Of a stretch of DNA of 64,000 bases, positions 47,609-57,937 are shown piece by piece. Below the pieces are notes generated by a model that ran no database searches, was not told the origin of the DNA, and was given only the letters and a program-made list of their open reading frames with translations. The stretch's first letter is position 1; each line of letters opens with the position of its first letter. The stretch is taken from the NCBI GenBank assembly GCA_965243025.1, contig CBDETY010000003.1, forward strand, positions 704,001-768,000, in the 5' to 3' direction. Made by a program: the position numbers and the translations under genes. The DNA comes from Candidatus Latescibacterota bacterium. GTDB lineage: Bacteria; Latescibacterota; UBA2968; UBA8231.

Positions 47609-48712
47609 TCACTCCAGGGGCGGTATCCCCTGTCCCGCGGCGGCGCGCCGGTTCCAGGAGACCCTGCCGGCGGCGACGTCCTCGAGGCTCAGCAGCTCGC
47701 CTCCCCGCTCGGCCGAGCAGTTCGCCCCCAGCACCGCGACGAGGCTGTTGACGCTGGCCGGGTAGGGCGACCGCGTGGCCGCCGGGTCTTCGGCCCGGAC
47801 CGCGGCGACGAAGGCGCTCGCCTGCAGCGCCTGGCAGTTCCGGCCGCCCCCGGCCGCCTCTTCGTCCTCGAAGACCGCGGTTCCGTTCTCGACCACCCGG
47901 TCGCTGCTCCACTCGACGATCGAGTCGTCGCCGACGACGGTCAGGGCGCGGCGGCCGGGGCCGGCGTCGTCGTTGTACAGGACCCTCGCGGTCGAGGCGT
48001 TGGCGAGCAGGCCGGAAACGAAGCGGAAGTTGACGGTGTACACGTGCGGCAGGTTCATCGGCTCTGGCCCCTCGCCGGGCCGGCGCCACTGGTAGAAGGC
48101 GGACACGCCGGCGATGTCGCCGAGCAGGTAGCGCAGCAGGTCGACCATGTGGATGGTGTTCTCGACGAAGGAGCCGCCGCACTCCTCGTAGCGGCTGGTC
48201 CACCAGCGCAGCGGCTTGCCGGAGTAGAACATCTGGAGCGAGGCGTGCCGGGGAGTCCGCTGCTTCAGGAGCTTCCGGGCCGCCTCCGCCGAGGGGTAGT
48301 AGCGGAACTGGAAGCCGACCTGGCTGACGATGCCGGCGCGCTCGATGACAGCGGCGGTCCCGACCGCCTCGGCGGCGTCGAAGCTGACCGGCTTCTCGAC
48401 GAACAGGTGGATCCCCCTTTCGGCGGCCTCCCTCACCTCGCCGGTGTGCCGTGTGGGGGGCAGGCAGACGTAGACGGCGTCGAGCTCCTCGCTGTCGAGC
48501 ATTTGCCGGAAATCTCCGTAGGTGGCGGCGGGGCGGTACTCGGCGGCGCGTTCATTCAGGGCTTCGGGGTCGACGTCGCACAACGCCTGCAGGACGACCT
48601 CCCCGCTCTCGACCAGCCGCGCCAGCGCCGGGAGGTGCGCATACGTGGCGATGTGCCCGGTGCCGATGACTCCCACCCTGACAGCTCTCATGCTTTTCAG
48701 TCTCCTGGCCAT
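47609..48712 (-). CDS. Gfo/Idh/MocA family oxidoreductase
   Basis: GVIGTGHIA, EKP, GGSFVENTIH. Confidence 0.9.
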   Translation of the reverse strand: MARRLKSMRAVRVGVIGTGHIATYAHLPALARLVESGEVVLQALCDVDPEALNERAAEYRPAATYGDFRQMLDSEELDAVYVCLPPTRHTGEVREAAERGIHLFVEKPVSFDAAEAVGTAAVIERAGIVSQVGFQFRYYPSAEAARKLLKQRTPRHASLQMFYSGKPLRWWTSRYEECGGSFVENTIHMVDLLRYLLGDIAGVSAFYQWRRPGEGPEPMNLPHVYTVNFRFVSGLLANASTARVLYNDDAGPGRRALTVVGDDSIVEWSSDRVVENGTAVFEDEEAAGGGRNCQALQASAFVAAVRAEDPAATRSPYPASVNSLVAVLGANCSAERGGELLSLEDVAAGRVSWNRRAAAGQGIPPLE

Positions 48713-48851
48713 GGAAAGGCAACTTCCCCCGGCAGGGTAAGGGGGGTGCCCCCTGTTTCAGGGCCGCCGCACCGGGGTTGATCGCAGCCGCCGGCGCCGT
48801 ACAATGCAGCGGCGAGAATAAGCAGTCGGACCCGAGACGGGAAGCAGGGAC

Positions 48852-49961
48852 ATGGAAGCGAAGAAGTACCGCGTCGCCGTGGTCGGCGGCGCCGGCACCT
48901 GGGGCCGCTACTACACGCGGGCCTGCGCCGAGCATCCGCGGTGCGAACTCGTCGCCCTCGTCGACAGGGCCCGGGAGAGGCGGGAGCGGTTCGCCGGGCA
49001 TTACGGAATTCCCCGTACATGCGACTCGATAGAGGAGCTGCTGGCCGACGAGGTGCCCGACATCGTCACCGCCAGCATCCCGGTCGCCTGGATACACGAC
49101 ACCGTGATCGCCTGCGCCGAGGCCGGGGTCAGGGCGGTGTCGTGCGAGAAGCCGATCGACTACCAGCTGTCCCGCGCCGACGAGACCGTGAGGATCTGCC
49201 GCGAGCGCGGCACCGCCTTCGGCTGCGGCACCGCCCACTGGGGGGAGCCGTTCCTGCCCGAGACCGCCGCCTGGCTGCGCGAGGGCCACCTCGGAAGGGT
49301 GACCGCCGCGGCCGTCCCGGGGGGGCTTCCCACCGAGGTCTCCGGCGGCGGCTGCCACACCCTGACCGCGATCCGCTTCGTCACCGGCCTCGAGGTGGAG
49401 TGGGTCGAGGGGGTCACCCTTCCCCCGGAGCCGACCTATGCGGCCCCGGAGGCGGAAAGCGGCACCGAGATCGACAGGCCCGCGTACGGCAGGCTGGGAC
49501 TATCCGGCGGCGCCGTCTGCGAGGTGCTCGATCCCAAGCTCGGGCGCGGCGCCTGCAACCTCTCGGTCAGCGGCGGGAACGGCCGCGTCTGGATCTCGCG
49601 GCCGCGGCCGGTGATCGTGCTGGGAACCGGGGCCGCTGCGAGCCCGGTCTTCCCGGCGTTTCTCGAAGGGCCGCCGCAATCTCCCGGGGCGATGCACATG
49701 ATCCGCCGCGCCGTCGACCGCCTCGTGGCCGCCTGCGAGGCCTGGAGCAGCGAGGTCCCCTGCAGCGGCGCCGACTACCTGCGCGCCCTCGAGATCGCCA
49801 TCGCCCTGACCCGCTCGGCCGCCCGCGGCGGGGAGCGCATCGAGCTGCCCCTCGAGGACCGCTCGCTCAAGCTCTACCCGCATCCCTACAGGCTGTACGG
49901 CGGCGACCGGGCCGGCTGGGAGAGCATCGGTTACAGCGGCCCTCCGGACATCGCCGGGTAG
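48852..49961 (+). CDS. Gfo/Idh/MocA family oxidoreductase
   Basis: VAVVGGAG, CEKP, GCH. Confidence 0.85.
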   Translation: MEAKKYRVAVVGGAGTWGRYYTRACAEHPRCELVALVDRARERRERFAGHYGIPRTCDSIEELLADEVPDIVTASIPVAWIHDTVIACAEAGVRAVSCEKPIDYQLSRADETVRICRERGTAFGCGTAHWGEPFLPETAAWLREGHLGRVTAAAVPGGLPTEVSGGGCHTLTAIRFVTGLEVEWVEGVTLPPEPTYAAPEAESGTEIDRPAYGRLGLSGGAVCEVLDPKLGRGACNLSVSGGNGRVWISRPRPVIVLGTGAAASPVFPAFLEGPPQSPGAMHMIRRAVDRLVAACEAWSSEVPCSGADYLRALEIAIALTRSAARGGERIELPLEDRSLKLYPHPYRLYGGDRAGWESIGYSGPPDIAG

Positions 49962-49976
49962 CACGGGAGAATCTCC

Positions 49977-51026
49977 GTGGATTCGCTGACCCAGGCGGCC
50001 CTCGGCGCCGCGGTCGGGTACGGCGTCCTGGGGCGGCATGCCGGCCGCAAGGCCCTGGTATGGGGGGCCGTGCTCGGCACCCTCCCGGACCTCGACGTGT
50101 TCGTTCCCCTCGGGGACGACGTCGCCGACTTCACCCACCATCGCGGCCCCACCCACTCGCTGCTCCTGCACGCCGCGGCGGCCCCGGTGATCGCCTGGGC
50201 AATGGGGCGGGTGCAGCCGTCGATCCTGCCGTTCCGCCTGCGCCGCTGGCTGCTGGCTTTCCTCTGCCTTACGACCCACGCCCTCCTCGACGCCTTCACC
50301 GCGTACAGCACGCAACTGCTCTGGCCGCTGCCGGTGGCGCCGACCGCCTGGTCGACCCTGTTCATCATCGATCCCTTCTACAGCCTGCCGCTGCTCGCCT
50401 GCGTGATCGCGGCGGTTGCTTCGGGAGGAGAAAGGGGGGTGCGCTGGAACCGTATGGGGCTTCTGCTGAGCACCGGCTACCTCCTCCTCAGCATAGCGGC
50501 CAAGCTTCACGTTCAGGGGGTTGTGCGCGATACCCTGCGAGGCGATCCCGAAGCGGGATCCTTCACCTCGGGGGCCACACCGTTCAACATCCTGCTGTGG
50601 CGGGTCGTGGCGATGGACAGCGGCGGTTATCGCATCGGTTACTACTCCCTCTTCGACGACTCGGAGCGCGTCCGCTTCACCCGCTACCCGGACGACCGGA
50701 GACTGCTCCAGGCGATCTCGGAGGAAGAGGCGGTTGTCGACTTGAAGAGGGTAACGAAAGGATTTTACGGGGTGCGCCTGATCGGCAGCGAAATCCAGAT
50801 GGCCGACCTGCGCATGGGATTCGAGCCGGCGTACGCGTTCCGCTTCGTGGTGGGAGAGCTGCGGGACGGGCAGATCAGGCCGGTGCCGAACCGCCGCGTC
50901 GGGGGCGGCCCCGACGAACTTGCTCTGGGCTGGTTCTGGGGGCGGATATGGGACGAATCCCTGCCGCCGCCGCATCCGGGGCAGGAGCGGTCATCCGGCC
51001 TTTCGGCTCCGGGACCCAAAGGGTAA
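49977..51026 (+). CDS. Inner-membrane metal-dependent hydrolase (YdjM family)
   Basis: MDSLTQ..LGA, PDLD, HRG.THS, H.LLD..T.Y, FIIDP. Confidence 0.88.
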   Translation: MDSLTQAALGAAVGYGVLGRHAGRKALVWGAVLGTLPDLDVFVPLGDDVADFTHHRGPTHSLLLHAAAAPVIAWAMGRVQPSILPFRLRRWLLAFLCLTTHALLDAFTAYSTQLLWPLPVAPTAWSTLFIIDPFYSLPLLACVIAAVASGGERGVRWNRMGLLLSTGYLLLSIAAKLHVQGVVRDTLRGDPEAGSFTSGATPFNILLWRVVAMDSGGYRIGYYSLFDDSERVRFTRYPDDRRLLQAISEEEAVVDLKRVTKGFYGVRLIGSEIQMADLRMGFEPAYAFRFVVGELRDGQIRPVPNRRVGGGPDELALGWFWGRIWDESLPPPHPGQERSSGLSAPGPKG

Positions 51027-51097
51027 GGATCCGCGCCTTGACCTCGACTCCCAAAAAAGGTGCCTCATTCCCCCTATACTTTTGTTTGGTGCCAAAA

Positions 51098-52267
51098 CTA
51101 AAACGGCTGAAAACCGCCGTCGCGTGCAATCAAAATGATGGGATCGTACACCGCATCCCCGACGGCGTCGAATGAGAAGCTGCCGAGAATGCAGTCAAAT
51201 CCGCTTGTGGCAGCCAGCGCATCCCGTATCGCACTCGAATCGGTTGACTGCGCCTCTGAGATGGCGTTCACCAGAAGCTGCACCGATGTGTACGCCACCG
51301 CGCTGAAAACCGACGGCTCCGCACCGTATGCCGCGATGTAGTTCCGTACGAACGCCTGATTGCCAGGCGTTTCCGCCGCACTCGTCCATGCGGTAAACGT
51401 AATCGTCCCCTCCGCGTCTTCGCCCGCCTGCTGCACCTCACCCAAACTCATCAACGGAACGATGAAGGGCACATCGTCCGGAATCCCCACTTCGCGTCCT
51501 TGGACGAGTATCGTCGGCTGGTCAAACGTATTCGCGGCGACAAGAACGGCTTCCGGCTGCAGATCCCGGATCCGCGCCAATTGGGGCCGGAGATCCGCGT
51601 CGCGTGTGGAGAAGGTTTCGGTAGTCAGGAGCTCGACGTCGACCGCCGGGAGGGTTTCGGAATACACGTCCCTGGCGCTGAGGGAGAACCGATCGAGGCT
51701 GTCTACAAGTATGGCGACCTTTTGATAACCAAGTTTTTCCTGGGTTAACCGAACCCCGCGGGGGATCAGTTTTTCCACGGTCAGGTTCACGCGAAACACG
51801 AAGTCACCGAGCGCGCTCAGTCCCTGCGACGCCGATGACGGCGCAATAGCCACAATCCGGTTTTCTTCCGCCACCGGAAAGGCAATCTCCGTCAGGGTCG
51901 ATGTCGCGGGTCCCAGAAGTGCGGCTACCCCGTCTTCGTGAATCAGCTTGCTGTATGCAGCAAGCACTCCCTCCGGCGTACTCTGATTATTTTCAAGGAT
52001 GAAGCGGATGTGCGGGGGCGCAATCTGTGCGCTGTTAATCTCGTCGCGCGCCATATAAAAACCGTTCAGATACCTGAGTATGTCCGGGTCGTCGGGACCG
52101 TCGACGAAGGCGCCGGACAGCGGCATGACCACGCCGATGAGGATTTGGTCCGGAAACGGCGCAGGCGCCTCGTTGCCAGCAATCGGTGTTTGTTCTTTGC
52201 AGCCGCATAGTCCCACTATGAGCCCGGCGCTGACGATCAATAAACAGAATTTTATTATGGGATTCAC
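51098..52267 (-). CDS. Branched-chain amino acid-type ABC substrate-binding lipoprotein (LivJ/K-like)
   Basis: GTG start at 52267 after GGAGG. Lipobox LCG-C; IGV..PLSG, LGP..S, FVFR, G.FSFD..GD. Confidence 0.85.
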   Translation of the reverse strand: MNPIIKFCLLIVSAGLIVGLCGCKEQTPIAGNEAPAPFPDQILIGVVMPLSGAFVDGPDDPDILRYLNGFYMARDEINSAQIAPPHIRFILENNQSTPEGVLAAYSKLIHEDGVAALLGPATSTLTEIAFPVAEENRIVAIAPSSASQGLSALGDFVFRVNLTVEKLIPRGVRLTQEKLGYQKVAILVDSLDRFSLSARDVYSETLPAVDVELLTTETFSTRDADLRPQLARIRDLQPEAVLVAANTFDQPTILVQGREVGIPDDVPFIVPLMSLGEVQQAGEDAEGTITFTAWTSAAETPGNQAFVRNYIAAYGAEPSVFSAVAYTSVQLLVNAISEAQSTDSSAIRDALAATSGFDCILGSFSFDAVGDAVYDPIILIARDGGFQPF

Positions 52268-52473
52268 TATAGTTGCACCTCCCTGGATCCGTGAAATCGA
52301 GAGCCTGATTTTCGGTTGTTTTCCGAGGGGAATCTGCTCGTGCATCGGTTCCTCGAGGGTGATGAGTTTGATGTCAGTGATTTTCATCCCGCTATGTTGT
52401 TCTTTCCGTCTTCTGGTGAAAAAGAAGGAGGACGCTCTCATTATCGTGAGGTGGGCAACAGCAATAGCGGCAG

Positions 52474-53556
52474 CTACCCGTAGCGTTCACGGAGCCGGCG
52501 GGAGGCTTCGGCTTCGTTCTTGAGTTTCAGGTAGGGTTCTTCGAGGGGCATGCCGGTGGCGAGGCCGGGGGAAAAGCCGCAGTCGGGGTTGAGGCTGAGA
52601 CGGGCGGGGTCGACGTGCCTGATGGCCTCTTCGACGCGGGCGACGATCTCGTCGGTTGTGTCGATCTTCTCGAAGCGGCACTCGACGGCGCCGAGGCCGA
52701 TCAGCTTTTCTTCGGGGAGCTCCCTGAGGATGGCGACGTCGCCGGCGACGGGGATGCTGAACTCCATGACGTACTGGTCGACGTCGATCTTCTTCATGGT
52801 CTCGATGATGGGCTCGTACCCGCCCTCGGCTCCCCAGCCCTGCCTGCCCCAGTTGCGGCGGCAGAGGTGGAGGGCGGTCTGGACGCCGTCGATGCCGTCG
52901 AGTATCTCGTTGATCTTGTCGGCGGCGAGGTCCATCTCGTAGCGCGGGTCGTCGAAGGAGTCGCGGTAGGCGGGGTCGACGAGGACGCACAGGTGGGGCT
53001 CGTCGATCTGGACGACGGTGACGCCGGTGTCCTGGAGGGCGGCGAGTTCCTCGTGGAGGATGGGGACGAGTGCGTCGATGAACCCGTCGCGGGTCGGGTA
53101 GGCCTTCGCCGAGACGGCCTCCTCCCACAGGCGGACTCCGAGCAGGTAGGGAGAGGGTACGCAGACCTTGGTGAAGCGGTCGGTGGCGTCGACGAGAAAC
53201 CGGGCCTCCCGGGCGATGAGGCCGGGGTTGACGACCTCCATGGGCTCGGTGATGGAGATGCCCCAGCGATGGGGCTCCTCGCGGAGGTCGGCGGAGAAGC
53301 CGGTTGCGATGTCGGCGACGATGTGGGTGTAGGCGTGTCTGCGCCACTCGCCGTCGCTGACGAGGTCGAGCCCGGCCTGCTCCTGGATGGCGATGGCGTA
53401 GCGGACGGCGGCGTCCATGCGCGGTGACGCGGCGGCCTTCGCGGACTCGACGCCGGGGAGGTCGGGAAGCATGTCCCGCACCATGAGGGGGCGGGGGAGG
53501 CTTCCGACGACGCCCGAGGGGAAGGGGACGGAGGTGTACTGTCGGGAGATGGTCAT
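52474..53556 (-). CDS. Cobalamin-independent methionine synthase catalytic-domain (core MetE-like) protein
   Basis: VGSLPRP, SDGEWRR, QIDEP, Zn ligands HLC and NPDCG. Single barrel only. Confidence 0.85.
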   Translation of the reverse strand: MTISRQYTSVPFPSGVVGSLPRPLMVRDMLPDLPGVESAKAAASPRMDAAVRYAIAIQEQAGLDLVSDGEWRRHAYTHIVADIATGFSADLREEPHRWGISITEPMEVVNPGLIAREARFLVDATDRFTKVCVPSPYLLGVRLWEEAVSAKAYPTRDGFIDALVPILHEELAALQDTGVTVVQIDEPHLCVLVDPAYRDSFDDPRYEMDLAADKINEILDGIDGVQTALHLCRRNWGRQGWGAEGGYEPIIETMKKIDVDQYVMEFSIPVAGDVAILRELPEEKLIGLGAVECRFEKIDTTDEIVARVEEAIRHVDPARLSLNPDCGFSPGLATGMPLEEPYLKLKNEAEASRRLRERYG

Positions 53557-53663
53557 GGGGTCGCCTTGGATGTTGGTGCATCGAGGGTCAAAAAGGTGCC
53601 TCCAGGAAATGAAGTGTCAACGAAATCGGGTCAACTCCCCCCGAGCCACGAGAGCCCGGTCCC

Positions 53664-54854
53664 TCACTGCAGGCGGGGCCTCAGCACCCCGCACATGGGA
53701 AGCACGGCCAGCACGTACCCGGCGATCACCGCCAGGGCCGTGGCCACCCCCCACTGGTCGCTGACCACGCCGAAGGCCCAGGAGGACATGGCGCCGGCAC
53801 CGATCCCCAGGGTGTAGAACAGCCCGTAGGCCCGCGCCTGGCGGTCGCCGTCGACGAAGTCTCCGATCGTCCCGTAGAGGACGGAGGAAGTGCCGTTGAG
53901 CGCCACCCCGAGCAGGGGCAGAACCGCCAGCGTCAGGTCCAGGGGCAGGAGGATTGCGGACACGATGAGGGCCGTGGTGGCGGCCTCCGTGAGGACCACG
54001 GTGCGCAGGATCCCAAGCCGCTCGGCGACATGGCCGCAGGCCAGCTTGCCGGCGGCCCCCCCGGCGAAGACGAGGGCAAGGGCCAGGCCGATCATCGAAA
54101 CCGAGGCTCCCTTCTCCCCCAGCAGGAAGGGCAGAAAGGTGAGGAAGGAAAGGCGGGCCCCGGTGTCGATCATGCCGATGGCGGCAAGGATGGCAAAGCC
54201 GCCACGGTCGGCGATACTCCAGCCCCTTCCTTCCTCCTTCCGTGCATTGGGCACCGACGCCTCCGGTGCGGCGGGCGGCGCCCCCGGCAGCAGCGCCCCC
54301 ACGGCGGCTGCGGCACAGATGGTGAAGACCCCGTACGCCGCGGCGCTCGCCTGCCAGCCGTACGCAGCCGCCCCCGCCGCCACCGCCGCCGGAGCCACCA
54401 CCTTGCCCAGATCCCCGGTGAAGTTGTAGGTGCCCAGGGCCGCCCGCCGCCCCGCCGCCGGATAGGCCCGGGAGATGATGGAGGAGACCAGGGGGTGCTG
54501 GGTGCCGCAGCCCGTGCCTGACACGAACAGGAAGGCGGCGAGACTCAGGAAGCCCCCCGCCCATCCCAGCAGCATGAAGGCGAGCCCAGCCAGGGCCGTG
54601 CCCGCGGCCAGCACCCCCCGCTCTCCGTAGCGCTCCGCAAGGAAGCCCGCCGGCACCTGGGTCAAGGCCAGGGTGCCCGCCATGACCATCTTCAGGGCCC
54701 CTACCTCGGCGTGGGTCAGGGCGAAGGCGGCCGCCCAGAGAGGCAGCAGCACATAGATGCAGTCGGTGAAGCCGTCGTGAACGGCGTGGGCGAATCCGCC
54801 CGTGACCAGGACCCTGCGCCTGGATCGGGCATGATCCTGATGACTTGGCTTCAT
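53664..54854 (-). CDS. MFS transporter (Fsr-like)
   Basis: 12-TM pattern; HAVHD, G.LAERYG, HP, GD.GK. Confidence 0.88.
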   Translation of the reverse strand: MKPSHQDHARSRRRVLVTGGFAHAVHDGFTDCIYVLLPLWAAAFALTHAEVGALKMVMAGTLALTQVPAGFLAERYGERGVLAAGTALAGLAFMLLGWAGGFLSLAAFLFVSGTGCGTQHPLVSSIISRAYPAAGRRAALGTYNFTGDLGKVVAPAAVAAGAAAYGWQASAAAYGVFTICAAAAVGALLPGAPPAAPEASVPNARKEEGRGWSIADRGGFAILAAIGMIDTGARLSFLTFLPFLLGEKGASVSMIGLALALVFAGGAAGKLACGHVAERLGILRTVVLTEAATTALIVSAILLPLDLTLAVLPLLGVALNGTSSVLYGTIGDFVDGDRQARAYGLFYTLGIGAGAMSSWAFGVVSDQWGVATALAVIAGYVLAVLPMCGVLRPRLQ

Positions 54855-54970
54855 GGCGCCGCCCCTGTCCGGTCTCGGTCCGAACAAGGCCACCATGATC
54901 AGACCGCTCGCCGCCCGGAAGCGCCGGCCAGGGCGAAGACGAGGGAACAGCCGTACTCGAGGATCAGGAC

Positions 54971-55120
54971 CTGGCCGGCGACGTTCTGCTCCGGGTGTCG
55001 GTGCGCCATTGGGTGCTCAGCTTTCCGTACGAGATTCGCCACCGCTCGCCCACGACTGCGAGTGGCCTCGGCCGTACTGGCGGTGTTTCTGCGCGTGGTG
55101 GGCGGCTGGTATCGGCCGCC
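54971..55120 (+). mobile_element. Degenerate IS91-family (rolling-circle) transposase fragment
   Basis: LAGDVLLRVSVRHWVLSFPYEIR, then after frameshifts LAHD and AVLAVFLRVVGGWYR. This matches the V.VRQWVLS.P..LR..LA.D segment of IS91-type transposases. Confidence 0.65.
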
Positions 55121-55376
55121 CTCGCTGCGCCATCCGAGCGCCTGACCGCGGTGATCGACCGGGTCCTGGCCGCCGACAGGAGCGGCAACGTTCCAGGACT
55201 CATTCCAGGCTGCTGAAGCTCATGCTGAAGACCTCCTCGAGGATCGGTTGCCCGGGTCCACCTTGGCCGGCGGCCCCGGCCGCCGTTCGGGTGCGGCCTG
55301 ACTTGCCTTCTCCACCCCCTTGACCGAGAGTCCGGGCAGACAGGAATCTTTACCAGAGAACAGGGGGGATACGGAA

Positions 55377-55507
55377 ATGAATGTACGGAATGAGGTGTTG
55401 CGCACGGACGAGATAAACAACCCCTTCTCGGTCGGGAGATCGAGGGTCCGGTCGCGATGGTGCACCTGTTGAAATTCAAGGCCAGTGCGAATACGCGGAT
55501 GGCCGCG
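55377..55507 (+). pseudogene. DUF1330-like gene remnant
   Basis: Frameshifted pieces MNVRNEV, EGPVAMVHLLKFK and EYADGR resemble the DUF1330 N-terminus GPxxMxNLLKF..A.Y.DG. Confidence 0.55.
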
Positions 55508-55617
55508 CAGGGCCGGCCTGGCGGGCAAGCTGCTTATCGCGACCACCGCGCAGGGGTAGCGTCCCCATTCCGGATAGAAGGCCACCCCTGACCGAATCGA
55601 ACTGGCTCCGCTACCTG

Positions 55618-57534
55618 TTGCCCTTGCCCCGGCAGGTGTCGATCCCGGGCTCGGTGACCTGCTCTCGAAAAGCGGTCCGGGTGGCCGCGGCCGGACCCGC
55701 CGACGAGGTCCTGGAGGAGGCTGCGGCTCTCCTTGCCGAGGCCGTGGGCAACCGCTGCGAGGAGCGGCCGCAGCTGACCGTCACCCTCGCCCGGATCGGC
55801 GACCTCGAGGCCGTTCCCGAGGATACTCTGGCGGACGCCCGGAACCCCGATCAGGCCTACGTGATCACCTCCCCTTCGGCGGAGGAGATCGTCGTCGCCG
55901 GGGGATCGAGCGTGGGCGCCCTCTACGGCGCCGTTACCCTGGCGCAGCTGTTCGACGCGTCGGCCGGGGCCGACTCCCTCGAGGTGCCCCTCCCGGAGAT
56001 CGCTGACTGGCCTGAAATCGAGGAACGGGGCGTCTGGAACTTCCCCGACGAGCACAGGTGGGTCCCGTGGATGGCCGGACTCAAGCTCAACTTCGGGAAG
56101 ATGGCCGCCACCTCCCTGGGCAAGGTGGAGCGCGGCCGGCCGGTTGCCGCCCGGATCGACGCCGACCTCATGATTCGGGCGCGGCGCAGGGGATTCACCT
56201 GCGTCCCGCTGATCCTGCACCTGAACTTCCTCCACGACACCGGGATCTTCCGGGCATACCCCGAGCTGGCGGGCAAGGGTGACGCCGCCCTGGCGGGGCG
56301 CTACTTCGCCCACAAACTCGGCAATCAGCACCGGGCGCCCTGCGCCTCTCAGCCGGTCCTGGTCGAACTGTTGACCGGGTGGATGCTCTCCATCCGTGAG
56401 CAAGGGGCCGGCGAGATCAGCTGCTGGCTCAGCGAGCGCCCCTGCCAGTGCGATTGCGAGCGCTGCACTCCCGTGGGCCAGTTCGTGCTCGAGACCCGCG
56501 CCTTCGTCGCCGCGTGGGAGCGCGCCCGCCGGGAGTATCCGGGTCTGGTGATCCGCATCTTCTCCTCCACCACCACTCCGGAGCAGGACGACCGCGTCCT
56601 GGCGGAGCTGCCGCAGGAGGTTCGCTTCGAGCGCGCCTGCGCCACGGCCATGGAGCGCTGGCGCAACCAGCCGCGGGACCGCTTCGCCAACCCCTGCCTC
56701 GACGCCGCCGCCGCCGGCGGCCGCTGGATCGCCAGCTACGACGTGCCCCTCCAGGCCTACGGCAACGTCGACACGCCGGAGTTCAAGGTGCCCCAGTTCT
56801 CCGCTCAGAGGGTGCGGGACTTCGCAGTCCAGTTGGCCCGGCGTGGGTACGCCGGCGCCTACGGAATGATGGCCTGGGGCAACATGACCCGCGAGACCAG
56901 CGGCTTCTCCGTCTCCGCCCTGGGCGAGTACGCCTGGAACCCCGGAGGCCGAAGCGTCCGGGAGTTCGCCGAGGCCTGGGCAACGCGCGAGGGCCTGTCG
57001 GACCCGGCCGCCGTCGGCGCCTGGGCGGAGCTGCTCGGGGAGGTCGAGTTCGACGTGTACGACTCCGACTTCCCCATGTGCTGGTCCCGGGGGCGGGCGG
57101 CGGCGATGGTGGAGGAGGGGCGGGCGCCGCGCTTCGGCGACGGCATGTTCCGCCACTTCTCCGGCGAAGAAGACTTCGAGGCGAAGCTGGAGACCTGCCG
57201 GCGGGCGGCGGAGCTGGTGGAAGGGCTGGAGCGGGGTGACCTGGTGCTGGCCACCGAGGTGGTGCGCTCGTACGTGGCCCTGATCCGGTCCGTCTGGAGG
57301 ATCGCCCACGAAATGGCCCACGCCGACCGGACCTCGGAGGCCGGTCAGCGCGGGCTCATGAACCGCGTGGAGGAGCTGGAGGAGGCCGGAGGGGCCAACG
57401 TCGAGGCGATTCGGGCCTGGCGTTCACACCTGGGGCCGGAGCCGTGGAACCAGCGCGTCCACGACGCCATCGCCGGCACCCGCGACACGGTGGAGCGCAT
57501 CGCCGGCCACGTGCGCGACCGCTACATCTACTGA
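55618..57534 (+). CDS. Hypothetical protein with GH20/GH84-type N-terminal domain (putative glycoside hydrolase)
   Basis: PLPRQV..Q.Y.I..GALYGAVTL.QL..I.DWP...ERG.W is the hexosaminidase domain-2 pattern. CQCDCERC cluster. True start may be ~55588. Confidence 0.65.
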   Translation: MPLPRQVSIPGSVTCSRKAVRVAAAGPADEVLEEAAALLAEAVGNRCEERPQLTVTLARIGDLEAVPEDTLADARNPDQAYVITSPSAEEIVVAGGSSVGALYGAVTLAQLFDASAGADSLEVPLPEIADWPEIEERGVWNFPDEHRWVPWMAGLKLNFGKMAATSLGKVERGRPVAARIDADLMIRARRRGFTCVPLILHLNFLHDTGIFRAYPELAGKGDAALAGRYFAHKLGNQHRAPCASQPVLVELLTGWMLSIREQGAGEISCWLSERPCQCDCERCTPVGQFVLETRAFVAAWERARREYPGLVIRIFSSTTTPEQDDRVLAELPQEVRFERACATAMERWRNQPRDRFANPCLDAAAAGGRWIASYDVPLQAYGNVDTPEFKVPQFSAQRVRDFAVQLARRGYAGAYGMMAWGNMTRETSGFSVSALGEYAWNPGGRSVREFAEAWATREGLSDPAAVGAWAELLGEVEFDVYDSDFPMCWSRGRAAAMVEEGRAPRFGDGMFRHFSGEEDFEAKLETCRRAAELVEGLERGDLVLATEVVRSYVALIRSVWRIAHEMAHADRTSEAGQRGLMNRVEELEEAGGANVEAIRAWRSHLGPEPWNQRVHDAIAGTRDTVERIAGHVRDRYIY

Positions 57535-57765
57535 ACCGGCGGCGGCCGCCGGAAAGGACGGCAAACCATCCTCAGGGAACTGTCTGATCCTGGCGGGCGC
57601 TCAACCGAAAGTCCAAAATGGTGCCTCATTTTAACTGTACCAGGCGTGCCTCCGGTCAGCTGGTGGTGGCACATGGACCTGAGGGCGGCGTAGACTTCGG
57701 GTAACCACTTCACTTCGTATCGTTTCGGGGGGGACAACCTGTGGCTTGGCGAGACCCGACCTCAC

Positions 57766-57920
57766 TGTCGACGACCGAACTGGAGGAAGGCAGCGACATC
57801 GCGCTGGACTTCGGGCGCTTCTTCTCCGCCAGCGGGGACGGGGTGGTACCCGTGGTCGCGCAGGATGTCGAGTCGCGCGATGTGCTGGTGCTCGCGCACG
57901 CCAACCGGGTGGCGATGGGC
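57766..57920 (+). pseudogene. hisI: Truncated phosphoribosyl-AMP cyclohydrolase N-terminus
   Basis: ELEEG..LDF..DGVVPVVAQD..S.DVLVLA.AN..A matches the HisI start. The rest (SRSR..W.KG, Cys motifs) is absent. Confidence 0.65.
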
Positions 57921-57937
57921 TTCGCGGCTCTTCTTGT

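Noticed and set aside
57528-57737. RelE/ParE-like toxin fragment (RYEVKWLPEVYAAL)
   Set aside because: Similarity is limited to about a dozen residues, with no antitoxin and no downstream motifs.
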